A DNA stretch of 64,000 nucleotides, from contig NC_043012.1 of assembly GCF_006345805.1 (NCBI RefSeq), positions 54,808,001 through 54,872,000 on the forward strand, given 5' to 3'. Shown in pieces: positions 24,041-36,118 of the stretch; positions within the stretch are counted from its first letter, which is position 1, and each line of letters begins with the position of its first letter. The position numbers were made by a program, and so were the translations under genes. The notes under the pieces were generated by a model that was not told the origin of the DNA, made no database searches, and saw only the letters and a program-made list of their open reading frames with translations. This stretch comes from Octopus sinensis (Eukaryota).

Positions 24041-25052
24041 AGTATGTCTCCTTTGCTGAACTGCTAAGTTACAGGGACGTAAACACACCACTGTTTGTCA
24101 AACAGTTATGAGAAACAAGCACAGACACAAAAGTCACACATACACACACACACACGAGGGTCTTCTTTCAGTTTCTGTCTACCAAATCCACTCACAAGAC
24201 TTTGGTCAGCCCAAGGTTATAGCCAAAGACATTTGCCCAAAGTGTTCACACAATGGGACTGAACCCGGAGCCATGTGGTTGGGAAGCAAGCTTCTTACCT
24301 CACACAGTGGTGCCTGCGTCTATTTGTCTATTTACCTGTGTTTCTGAAAAAAATATATCTCTGTTGTTGCTGACATTTTTAATTTGACATTCCTTTTCAC
24401 ATTCCCAGTTTCTTTGACCTATTTTCCAATTTGACCATATAAGGATTTGCTACACACCGCTCACTGCATTCCATTTATCCATTCATTCGGCTTTCATTCT
24501 TTTTTTCCACCCCCGTTTTTTTTTTTTACATGAATCTTGCTTAAAAGAATCTTCATCTCCTTGTTTTCTCTGTCTTCTCCTCTCCGCCAAATCCTCTTCA
24601 GCTATTCAACACCAGATCTTACTTTGTCTCTAACTGTATTGATCTCTCTTACACACACACACACATTCTTTTACTCTTTTCCTTGTTTCAGTCATTTGAC
24701 TGCGACCATGCTGGAGTACCACCTGTTTTAGTCAAACAAATCGACCTTGGGACTTCTTTGTATGCCTGGTACTTATTCTATCAATCTCTTTTGTTGAACC
24801 ACTAGGTTACTGGGATGTAAACACACAAACACCAGTTATCAAGCGGTGATGGGGGGGGGGGCAAATACAGACACAAAGACACACATAGAAATATATATAT
24901 ATATACAACAGGCTTCGTTCAGTTTCTGTCTACCAAATCCACTCACAAGGCTTTGGTCAGCCCAAGGCTATAATAGAAGACACCTGCCCAAGGTGCCGTG
25001 CAGTGGGATGAACCTAGAACCATATATATATTCATACATGCATATATATATG

Positions 25053-25095
<43 letters not shown>

Positions 25096-26009
25096 GACAA
25101 GCTTCTTTCAGTTTCCGTCTGCCAAATCCACTCAGAAGGCTTTTGTTGGCCTGTGGCTATAATAGAAGACACTTGCTCAAAGTGCCATGCAGTGGGACTG
25201 AACCTGGAACCATGTGGTTGGGAAGCAAGCTTCTTACTACATACCCATGCTTACTCATATATTTTTATCGTTTACTTGTGGCTATGCGGTGGGGGGAGGG
25301 GCGCCAACTTGGAGGGCTTATTTTGTTTTGCTTGTCTGTCACATGGCTGCAGCCATGCTGGGGCATTGCCTTGAGGAACTCTTAGCTGAATGACTCGGAC
25401 CCAGTACTTTTTTCTTAAGCTTGATACTTATTCTATTGGTCTCTTTTGCCAAACCACTAAGTTACAGGGACATAAACACATCAATTTCATTTATTGAGTG
25501 GTGGTGGGAGACAAAGACACGCACAAACACACACTCTCTCTCTCTCCCTTTCCGTCTGTCTCTTTCACTAACACACTCACTCGCTTTCCTTCTCTTTCTC
25601 TCTCACACACACCCACCTTCTTTCTCACTCACACACTCATTTTTTCCCTCTCTCACTCACCCACTTTCTCTCTTTCTCATTTACACACTCACTCTTTCCT
25701 GTTCAGTCTCTCACTGACATAGACTATCTTTCTCTCTCTCTTTCTCTCTTTCACACCTACACTCACTTCTTTCTCTCTCTCTCTCACTTGCACACCCTCA
25801 CTCTCTCTCTCACTTGCATGCCCTCACTCTCACTCACTCACTCACACAATCTCTTCCTCTCGCACTTGCACATGACAAACATCCACCCAGCTTCCACCTA
25901 CCAAATCTACTTACAAGCTGAGAGCTAGAGTAGATGGCACTTGTCCAAGCTGCCACACAGTGGGACTGAACCCAAAACCACATGGTTGCAAAGCACACAA
26001 CCATGCCCA

Positions 26010-26355
26010 CATCATTGAATATTCCTTGTGTTGTATGTCTCGTACTCTGTTTTTTCATTGTTTGAAAAAAGTTTGTTTCCATGTTTTTGTTTTTATGTTT
26101 TCGTTTCTCATTGTGTTCAACGTTTTATTGGTGTCCTGTACCCATATATGCATGTATATATACATATAGATGTAGGTATGTACATATATGTATGTATAGT
26201 AGTCACTACACACATTTTTTTCTCTCCTTGTTTTCTGTGTCCCTTTCTGTAGAAGAGCGTAGGGTCGAAACGTAAAAGACTTTTTCTATTCCTGAGCGCT
26301 ATACTAATACATCTGTTTGTTTTGTACACCACCTGTCTTCGTCTTTTGTTGTTTT
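26010..26355 (+). mobile_element. Penelope-like element terminal remnant with hammerhead-like motif at 26243-26278
   Basis: cttt CTGTAGAA gagc gtag ggtc GAAAC GTA aaag; related copies at about 29570-29760 and 32525-32760. Confidence 0.55.
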
Positions 26356-26368
26356 TTTCATAGACTCT

Positions 26369-26424
<56 letters not shown>

Positions 26425-26586
26425 GACAGGTTTCTTTCAGCTTCCATCTACCAAATCCAGTTACAAGACTTTGGTCAGCCCAGGACCATAATAGAAGACC
26501 ATTGCCCAAGACGCCATGCAGAAGTTAATGACTTGTGTCCTCTATTCTAAATTATTGACCTTGTATCAAAATTAGAAAGGACTATT

Positions 26587-26623
<37 letters not shown>

Positions 26624-26628
26624 GTGGT

Positions 26629-27016
26629 TACTCTTTACTCTCTCTCTTTTACTCTTTTACTTGTTTCAGTCATTTGACTGTGGCCATGCTGGAGCACTGC
26701 CTTTAGTCGAGCAAATCGACCCCGGGACTTATTCTTTGTAAGCCCAGTACTTATTCTATTGGTCTCTTTTGCCGAACCGCTAAGTGACTGCGACGTAAAC
26801 ACACCAGCATCGGTTGTCAAGCAATGCTAGGGGGACAAACACAGACACACAAACATATACACACACATACATATATATATGACAGGCTTCTTTCAGTTTC
26901 CGTCTACCAAATCCACTCACAAGGCATTGGTCGGCCTGAGGCTATAGTAGAAGACTGAAGACGCAGTGGGACTGAACCCGGAACCATGTGGTTGGTAAGC
27001 AAGCTACTTACCACAC
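26629..27016 (-). mobile_element. SINE family A
   Basis: Full tail and head. Confidence 0.9.
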
Positions 27017-27309
27017 GTTAATAATTATATAATAACAATTATATAACAATAGTTATAACAAAAATAGCATAATCCTTTTTGCTATAAGCACAAGGCTTGA
27101 AATTTTGTGGGAGGGAGCTAGTCAATTACATTTGACACCCATGCTCAACTTGTACATATTTTACAAACCCCAAAATGATGAAAGGCAAAGTTCACTTCAG
27201 TGGAATTTGAACTCAGAACATAAAGATGAGCAAAATTCTGCTAAGCATTTTGTACGGTGTGCTAACAATTCTACCAGCCTCCCACCTAATAATAATAATA
27301 ATAATAATA

Positions 27310-27652
27310 ATAAGAGCACTCAGAGAGTGCAAACCTCTGCCAAGGCAACACCAATGTCCTCTCAACGATTAGCCAGAGATTATTTTTAAAATGAGAATAT
27401 CTGAAATAAACTCGACTGCTCTCACAAATGAGAATACTAAAATTGAACCCAACCACTCTCAAAAATTAAGGAAAAAACAGGAAAAATAATCCAGAATAGT
27501 CCCAAAATCTAATCAGTTTTTGCCAGTCATGAGGCCAAACATCCCTGAAAGTTTCATCTGAATCCATCCTGCCGTTCTTGAGATATCTTGTCCATGGACA
27601 AACGAGCACAATTAAAAACAATACCTCCGCCTTCGCTAAGGTGTAGGTAACT
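27310..27652 (+). mobile_element. Non-autonomous Helentron/HINE-like element
   Basis: 5' aacctctgccaaggc is echoed in the 3' hairpin acctccgcc-ttcgctaa-ggtgtaggt; partial minus copy at 46393-46580. Confidence 0.55.
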
Positions 27653-27720
27653 AGTAGGACCCATGTAAATTCCACAGAATGGAAAAGAATTAAGAAAACG
27701 TTTTTAAGAAAGAAAGGATG

Positions 27721-27913
27721 ATTTGCTTTTTTATAGCGTTCATAGTTTAGCTTTCTTTAAATATTCTTGAAGTTTATCTGCATTCATTTCCTCATGTTTC
27801 TGTCGATGTTGTCTTTTTCATCTTTTTGCCATGTCTTCTCGCTGTTCCTCTCTGATCCATGCTCAATATCTGTGCATCCTTTCTTGGGCAGCTTGCAACC
27901 GTGTTTTTTGCAA
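27721..27913 (-). pseudogene. Charged coiled-coil-like coding remnant, probably TE-derived, with three in-frame TGA stops
   Basis: LQKTRLQAAQERMHRY*AWIREEQREDMAKR*KRQHRQKHEEMNADKLQEYLKKAKL*TL. Confidence 0.45.
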
Positions 27914-28835
27914 ATTCAGAGTTTAGACTAAGTTAACCCTTATAATCAAATATCAATTTTTTAAGCAAACAAACAATAAATAATTGCACTTATGCATATA
28001 CGATGGTCACTATAAAAAAAAATTAGTTCAATAAAAAAGCACTTTTCAATAACAACACACCACCACCACCATCGCTATCTGCCTCTCTCTCTCTCTCTCT
28101 GTCCATCTCTCTCTGCCTTTTCCTTCAGTTAACTCTTTAACTATGTAATAAGTATTCCTTCCCCACCCCACCACATGTCATTAACAATTCATCTCCATCT
28201 TTTTCTCTTGTCCTCTTTTTCTCTCGTTCTTTGCCTCTACCTTCAGCTGACCACATGGCCATTTGGCATAAGTGCATTAATATTAATCACTTATCTCTAC
28301 TTCCTTCTTCTTTCTTCACTCCTCCCTCCTTCTCTCATTCTTACTCCACCTCCCTAACTAACTAATGTATAATGGGCAAACAAACAAACAGATTATCATA
28401 TAGATAATAATAACAATCCATTTTACTAAAGGCACAAGGCCTGCAATTTTAGGGAAGTGGACAAATCGATTACATTGACCCCAGTTAGAACTCAGTATGT
28501 AAGGACAGACAAAATACTGCTAAGCATTTTGCCTGGTATACTAACGATTCTGACAGCTCACCATCTTGATAATAATAATAATAACGATTTCAAATTTTGC
28601 CACAAGGCTAGCAATTTCAAGGGAAGGATAAGTTGACTACATTACCCCAGTGCACAACTCGTACTTAATTTATCGACCCCGAAAGGATGAAAGGCAAAGT
28701 CAACCTTAGCGGAATTTGAACTCAAAACATGTAGACAGACAAAATGCTGCTAAACATTTTTCCCCGCATGTTAATGATTCTGCCAGTTCACTACCTTAGT
28801 AATGATAAAAATGATAATTGTTATTGTTATTTTAC

Positions 28836-28871
<36 letters not shown>

Positions 28872-29257
28872 GGTGCAGGAGTGGCCGTGTGGTAAGTAGC
28901 TTGCTTACCAACCACATGGTTCCGTGTTCAGTCCCACTGCGTGGCACCTTGGGCAAGTGTCTTCTGCTATAGCCTCGGGCCAACCAAAGCCTATTGAGTG
29001 GATTTGGTAGACGGAAACTGAAAGAAGCCTGTCGTATATATGTATATATATATATTTATATATATATACGTTTGTCTCCCCAACATCGCTTCACAACCGA
29101 TGCTGGTGTGTTTACGTCCCTGTAACTTAGCGGTTCAGCAAAAGAGACCAATAAAATAAGTACTAGGCTTACAAAGAATAAGTCCTGGGGTCGATTTACT
29201 CAACTAAAGGCAGTGCTCCAGCATGGCCACAGTCAAATGACTGAAACAAGTAAAAGA

Positions 29258-29258
<1 letters not shown>
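28872..29258 (+). mobile_element. SINE family A
   Basis: Full length. Confidence 0.9.
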
Positions 29259-29298
<40 letters not shown>

Positions 29299-29755
29299 TC
29301 ATTATTATTATTACTACTACTGCTACTACTACTACTACTACTATAAAACATATAATGCAAAGTAAATAATACCAAAACCTTTTTCCAGGTTTCTGTTTTA
29401 AAATATATGTAGATAGATTGATAGATAAATAGATAGGTTTAGTAGTTCAACCAGGATAAATAGAACACAAAACATGAGGACATATAAATTTTTTTATTTT
29501 TAATCAACAGAGGTTTCATAGTTTCATGCATGGCACTCAACTAGTTTGAGAAGCTAATCCCTGTATACTTTTTCTCTTACTCCATTTTTTTTTTTTTTCC
29601 ATTCTCTCTCCATTTTTTTTTTCTTTCTCAGCCCTTTCTATCAAAGAGTGTAGGCTTGAAACATCTAGGACTTTTCCATTCTTCCTGAGCGTCAAACTAA
29701 TACACCTGCTTGTTGTTCCCTCACCTGTCCTTGTCTTGTGTGTTTTGTAAATTAG

Positions 29756-29820
<65 letters not shown>

Positions 29821-29842
29821 ATATATATATTGTATACATATA

Positions 29843-30065
29843 CAGAGGTTGGACAAAATAATGGAAACACTATAAAATTTTAAACAAATTTATTTTAATA
29901 TGGGGTAGGACCACCTTTGGCAATAATTACAGCTTGAATTATATGAAGTATGGACTCCTACAAAGTTTGAATTGTTTCCAAGGGAATTTTTGTCTATTCT
30001 TCAGCTAAAACTGTCTCCGATTCTGGTAGTGATGGTGGTGAAGGATATCAACTCTTTACTTGTTT
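29843..30065 (-). mobile_element. Tc1-like transposon end with decayed transposase C-terminus
   Basis: TA|CAGAGGTTGGACAAAATAATGGAAACAC terminus; minus-strand remnant resembling ...AEEW.KIPLETIQTL...IQAVIIAKGGPTPY. Confidence 0.75.
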
Positions 30066-30439
30066 TTCAAAAATGCACCATAAATATCACTCATGAAGTA
30101 AATTTGGAGAAAGTGTAGTTGTTCATTTGTGAGTAACAGGGAAGCAATGAGGTGATAGACTTGCCCTTGAACTTTGAACATTGGCGTAAATCCATGTTCA
30201 ACTATCTCCTTAGATACACCAAATGATGTCATTTGAAATGCAGAGTTGCATTGTCTGATATTGTTCAGAAAATTCTTTGACTGGATGGAAGTGCCTAACG
30301 GAAGATCTATAAGAGGGTGAGGAGGAGCTGGTAGCGCTGGCAATCTTACCTTACTGCCTGAGTAGCACATGCCATTAGTTTCATTTGGACATTTTGGGAA
30401 AGTCTCATCTCCCTTCTGTATTGAGACTCCATCTGACAT
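30066..30439 (-). pseudogene. Helitron Rep/helicase N-terminal region fragment
   Basis: GKV.LP..PP.PL..L...SKNFLNNIRQCNSAFQMTSFG....GFTPMFKVQGQVYHLIASLL....FLQIYF is the conserved Helitron N-terminal block. Confidence 0.9.
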
Positions 30440-30450
30440 GCTACAACATG

Positions 30451-30828
30451 CTCTTTTACTCTTTTACTTGTTTCAGTCATTTGACTATGGCCATGCTGGA
30501 GCACTGCCTTTAGTCAAGCAAATTGACCCCAGGACTTATTCTTTGTAAACCTAGTACTTATTCTATCGGTCTCTTTTGCCGAACTGCTAAGTTACAGGGA
30601 CGTAAACACACCAGCATCGGTTGTCAAGCGATGTTGGGGGACAAACATACATACATACATATATACGACGAGCTTCTTTCAGTTTCCATCTAACAAATCC
30701 ACTTACAAGGCTTTGGTTGGCCCGAGGCTATAGTAGAAGACACTTGCCCAAGGTGTCACACAGTGGGACTGAACCCAGAACCATATGGTTGGTAAGCAAG
30801 CTACTTACCACACAGCCACTCTTGCACC
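30451..30828 (-). mobile_element. SINE family A
   Basis: Full tail and head. Confidence 0.9.
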
Positions 30829-30829
30829 T

Positions 30830-31275
30830 ATTGTAAAAAAAAAATTATGAACATAGAAAAAATTATACATTAATCTCTATGTAAGCATTTGTATGTATGT
30901 AATATAAGCAATATTTTTGTTTTATCAAAAGCGAAAGAATAAAAGTGAAACAATATTATACCACTGAAAAAGAAATCGGAAGTCAAAAGTGAAAGAGTAA
31001 AAGTGAAACAATATTATAGTATTATCAAAAGTGAAAGAATAAAAGTGAAACAATATCATAATCGTATCAAAAGTGAAGCAATATTATGCCACTGAAAAAA
31101 AAAAATCAGAAGCCCTCTATATGGTCAAGGGCCAAAATTTGACCCCCTCCCCAGCCGAACCTTTCCTGAGTAATGAAAAACCTTCATGCCAAATTTGGTA
31201 CAGATTTTTTCAGCAGTTTGGCCGTGCATAGAGGAAACACACACACACACACACACCGTGAATTTTATATATATA
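30830..31275 (-). mobile_element. Probable non-autonomous Helitron-like element with internal short tandem repeats
   Basis: Minus 5' end (ta)n-aaattcacgg-(tg)n; internal aaaagtgaaacaatatta repeated about 4 times. Confidence 0.4.
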
Positions 31276-31307
31276 TATACATATATATATATGTATGTAT
31301 ATAAATA

Positions 31308-32458
31308 CAGAGGTGAGTGTAAGTCTGTTAATCGTTAATTAACAAAGTTAGCATTTTCATTAATGATTTAACTTTTAAGTTAACTTTGAAATCATTATCA
31401 AACTAATTAACTTCCATTAACTCAAGTCCGTTAACCCCAAAATTTCATAAAAACTGTTAAGCATTCAAAAGTTTCTGTTGTTTGTACACGTCATTCTTTC
31501 AACCCCGATATAATGCCACTTATTATAAATAACTTGTAGGATCTCGTTTGGCCCTGCCTGGATTTGAGACCAAATCCACCCGCTTGTTGCTTGCAAAGAC
31601 AGTGAGAAATTTCTTTGTCTTGTCAAGAGGGAACGTCATTCCATAAAATTTGTTTATGGGAAGAAAAATATTGAAAAATATCAATATATGTGTGAGTGAG
31701 AAAGAAATGAGAAGGAAGGTTTGGGGATGTGCTAGAAGCAACAGCCAAATCTCCCTTAAATCACACATTTACCTTTGAAATTATTACCAATTTCTTTTTA
31801 AACCGAAAATGTTTCTCTCATGGGTTTTAAAGGCGTAGTGAAAAAAATGGTCAAAATCGTTTTGGACTGGGTGGGTGAGGGGGTGGCGGAAGTGAAAAAA
31901 ATTTCAAAGTTTTTTTCTTTTTTTTTGTGAAAAGATACTTCCCATCAATCTGAAGACTTTGGTGAAAAACATTGGATAAAATCCCCTACAAAACAAAGAA
32001 ATTCCAACTTATGTGGGCCATCTGATCCCAAAACTCCCCCCCGCCCCCTTCCAAGAATTTTGCCTACAAATTTCTTAGTAATCGTAATCTACACTGTTTG
32101 AAAGGTATTTGTATAAAATTTCATTAAAATATACGTATTTTTCAGGAAGTTATGAGGGGGGAAATATTGGATCTTGTGTATTTTCGGAAATTTCTTTCCC
32201 CAACCCATCAGAAAAATTTTCCTCACAAATCTTTGCATATACTCAATCTACAGGATGTAAGCAATCATTTGGTGAAAGTTTCATTTAAAAGTATTCATTT
32301 TTCTAGAAGTTATAAGGCAACAAAGTTGGTGGGGTATTAAACTGTAGTTATGTCTTTTTTCAATAAAAGTTAACATTAAAGGGTTAACGTTAACTTCTGT
32401 TACATTTTCAAAGAATTAACGATTAACGAAGTTAACTTTTTGATTAACAGTGCCCATA
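31308..32458. mobile_element. Degenerate hAT-like non-autonomous element with GTTAAC-rich subterminal repeats and nested inserts
   Basis: Left cagaggtgagt..ctgttaatcgttaatt; right aattaacgattaacgaagttaactttttgattaacagtgccca. Confidence 0.55.
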
Positions 32459-32778
32459 TACATACATACATACATATACATATATATATACATTAATATA
32501 TATATATACATATATATATATATATCACCTTCGAAACGTAGAGTAGATGAAACCATGGCGACTGAAGAAGGGATTTTTTCTTTGTGTTAATTGTCCTGTA
32601 CTCTCTCCTTTTTTTTTTTTTTGTTGTTTAAAAAATGTTCTGTTCCTTGGGTTTGTGTCTATGTTTTCGTTTCTCGTGTTCGATGTTTTTTTGGTGTCCT
32701 GTACTCATATATGCGTGTATATATACATGTAGAGGTAGGTACGTACATATATGTATATATATGCATATGTTTTATTTA

Positions 32779-32810
<32 letters not shown>

Positions 32811-32817
<7 letters not shown>

Positions 32818-33067
32818 TGTACTTGTTTCAGTCATTTGACTGCGGCCATGCTGGAGCACCGCCTTTTAGAGTGGTGAAAGAGTACAGCAGGGATCACCAC
32901 CATCCCCTGCCGGAGCCTCGTGGAGCTTTTAGGTGTTTTCGCTCAATAAACACACACAACGCCCGGTCTGGGAATCGAAACGGCGATCCTCCGACCGCAA
33001 GTCCGCTGCCCTAACCACTGGGCCATTGCGCCTCCATATATATATGCATATATATATAATATATATA

Positions 33068-33101
<34 letters not shown>

Positions 33102-33328
33102 TGTACTTGTTTCAGTCATTTGACTGCGGCCATGCTGGAGCACCGCCTTTTAGAGTGGTGAAAGAGTACAGCAGGGATCACCACCATCCCCTGCCGGAGC
33201 CTCGTGGAGCTTTTAGGTGTTTTCGCTCAATAAACACACACAACGCCCGGTCTGGGAATCGAAACGGCGATCCTCCGACCGCAAGTCCGCTGCCCTAACC
33301 ACTGGGCCATTGCGCCTCCATATATATA

Positions 33329-33345
<17 letters not shown>
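32811..33345 (-). repeat. 284-bp perfect tandem duplication of a chimeric SINE (family B head + family A tail)
   Basis: Identical blocks start at 32821 and 33105; junction ...tctttcaccact-ctaaaaggcggtgctccagc on the minus strand. Confidence 0.9.
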
Positions 33346-33365
<20 letters not shown>

Positions 33366-34025
33366 TCACGTACACATGTGTGTGTGTGTGTGTCTGCCCC
33401 CCACCTGCTTTACAACTGGTGTTGGTATATTTACATCCCTATAACTTAACAGTTCACAAATTAGACCCCAAAAATAGTATTAAGGCCTTAAAGAAATAAG
33501 TACTGGGTTGAATTTGTTTGGTTATCAATTCTTCAATGCAGTGCTGCAGCATGGCCACAGTCTAATGACTCGTTATTTTGTTTATGTAATTGTTTCCCTA
33601 TTTAAATTAATTCCCAATTTTCTTTCATTTCGCCCCTACCCCACCTTCACAAAACAATAACAACTACTTGTCTGTTGAGTTGCCATTACTGTCTAATTAA
33701 GAAGCTTCAATTATACTTTTAATGATAGCCTATTTCATTATTATTATCATGGTGGTTCATTACTCAGAGGTTTTAACTAAATGTGGTGGTTGTCATAGCA
33801 ATGACAACCAAGAGCAAAGTCTAGCAACCAAAAAAAAAATAAAAAGGAAAAAAAGGTTTACATACCATTTTTACATAGGTGTAGGCATGGTTGTGTACTT
33901 AATGAGCTCATTTGCAATCATGTATTGTCAGGTTCAGTCCCACCTTAAGCAAATGTCTTCTCCTCTAGCCCTGGCCAACCAATGTCTTGCGAGTGAATTT
34001 GGTAGACCGAAACTGTGTGGAAGCA

Positions 34026-34056
<31 letters not shown>

Positions 34057-34088
34057 TGCACATATATATATATATATATATATATATC

Positions 34089-34390
34089 TCACGTGATCAC
34101 GTGACCGACCAGACCATCAGATGTTGTTACACATCGCTGGTCACAATGCGTTCGCATTGTTTTAGCCTTCGAATGACGCCACCCCGCTGGCTAAGCGAGC
34201 AGACCAACTGAAGAAAGAGTGAGAGAAAGAGTTGTGAAGGAGTACAGCAGGGATCACCACCCCCTGCTGGAGCCTCGTGGAGCTTTTAGGTGTTTTTGCT
34301 CAATAAACACGCACAACGCCCAGTCTGGGAATCAAAACCGCGATCCTACGACCGCAAGTCCGCTGCCCTAACCACTAGGCCATTGCGCCC
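34089..34390 (-). mobile_element. SINE family B
   Basis: tcacgtgatcacgtgaccgacc tail; ggcgcaatggcctagtggttagggcagcgg head. Confidence 0.9.
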
Positions 34391-34932
34391 ATAATTCCTT
34401 GTCTTGTGAGTTACTTGGTTACCTTGTTATACATTAAAAGTATCCAGTCCACACTGTAACATAGTTGGCATTTGGAAGGGCATCCAGCTGTAAAAATCAT
34501 GTCTAAGCTAACATTGCCTGTGCTAGTGCTACATAAAAAGCACTGAGTTCACTCTGCGGAGTGGTCGGTGTTAGGAAGGGCATCCAACTGTAAAATCTCT
34601 GCCAAAACATACACAGTAGCCTAGGGCAGTTTTTCTACCTGTCTGGCTCCTGTTAACCATCCTACCCATGCATGCATAGAAGATGGACGTTAAACGAGGA
34701 ATATGATGATATATATACTGTATACAATTCCATGGACAGCTAAGCCTTGTGTACATTTTTACTCAATGTTTTGCTACCTAAATGACCTGTCATTATTTTG
34801 ATGAAATATAAAGACATGCTGGAAGTGTCACAGCAGTTAAGTTGCCTTTGATGCACATATCATCAAGGAGATGGACAAGCAGAGAGTGGGAGAGAGATAC
34901 ACTGCCACTTATATTAGTAATGTCATCTGTTG

Positions 34933-35685
34933 CAGTGCTCTGCAAATGGTATGCCATAGCACACTGGTGTGCTATGAGACGATGCTAGGTGTGCCACAGT
35001 GTAACCTGAAAATAATTTTTTCCTTATATTGGGTTGTCCAGAAAGTTCATGCCGATTTACCGTAGCTTATCTTTCGACTTATTTTAGAACATGGTTGAGT
35101 CCATGAAATAGGATTTGACTACACCTCCATTTAGAGCACAGTTTAAGCTATCTTTTCATGCAAGAAGGTTTATGTTCCAATAACCTGTGTCAATTCTGTA
35201 ACCCTTTAAAATGGAAGATAAGAAAGTTCATTTTCGGCACTTGATGCTTTGGGAACCAGACAAAAATTGCTGCAGCTCGGCTGGGATGTGTTACCCCAAC
35301 CTCCATATTCACCAAATATTTCTCCTTCGGATTTCCACTTATTCAGGTCTCTGCAGAATAGTCTTAATGGTAAAAATTTCAATTCCTTGGATGACGTAAA
35401 AAGATACCTTGATGAATTCTTTGCCATGAAACCACCTCAATTCTGGGAAGAGGGTATTTTCAAGTTAAAGGAAAGATGGAGATGCATTGTGCAACAAAAT
35501 GGTTCATATGTAGTTAATTAAAAATGTAATGGCAAGTATTTATTGACCGTTTTCTCTCCTTTAAAAATCGCCACAAACTTTCTGGACAACCCAATATGTT
35601 TAGTTATATTTTTAGTTCAGGTGTGTTGCCAAATTTTGAAAAGAATGTAAGTGTACCACAAGTGAAAAAAGGTTGCAGAACACTG
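34933..35685. mobile_element. hAT (Charlie-like) MITE hosting a mariner
   Basis: TIRs cagtgctctgcaa / ttgcagaacactg; degenerate 8-bp TSD atctgttg / atttattg. Confidence 0.75.
35029..35594 (+). mobile_element. Internally deleted mariner (Hsmar1/cecropia-like), 566 bp, TA TSD
   Basis: TIRs ttgggttgtccagaaagtt / aactttctggacaacccaa. N-terminus MEDKKVHFRHLMLWE is joined to C-terminal WDVLPQPPYSPNISPSDFHLFRSLQNSL...ERWRCIVQQNGSY. Confidence 0.92.
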
Positions 35686-36118
35686 ATTTATTGTATGTTA
35701 GACAAATTTAAATGTTCTGATATTAGCTACCTTGGTTAATATCAGAACATATGGCATATGTACAGTAAATGTAGTCTAACTTTTATCAAATTTCTTGGTA
35801 CTTATGCAAAATGAGGAAATAAATAATAATCTTAAAAAAAAAAAATTTTTTTTACTTTAAAATGAAATTAAATGAACAAATTTTATTTTTTGTGTATTTG
35901 TAATAAATATATATTATTATTTTTCTAAATTTTATCAGCATGATGGCAATCTACTTCATTGAAAACCTATCTCTGTGAAATTTCAGAAAAATGGGTGTTG
36001 TTTTCAGAAAGTTATAACAATCAAAATAGGTAGTGGAGCACCAAACTAGAATTCTCTCTTCCCACCTCTCTCACTTTGTGTGTGTGTGTGTATACACAAA
36101 CACACACACACATGTACA

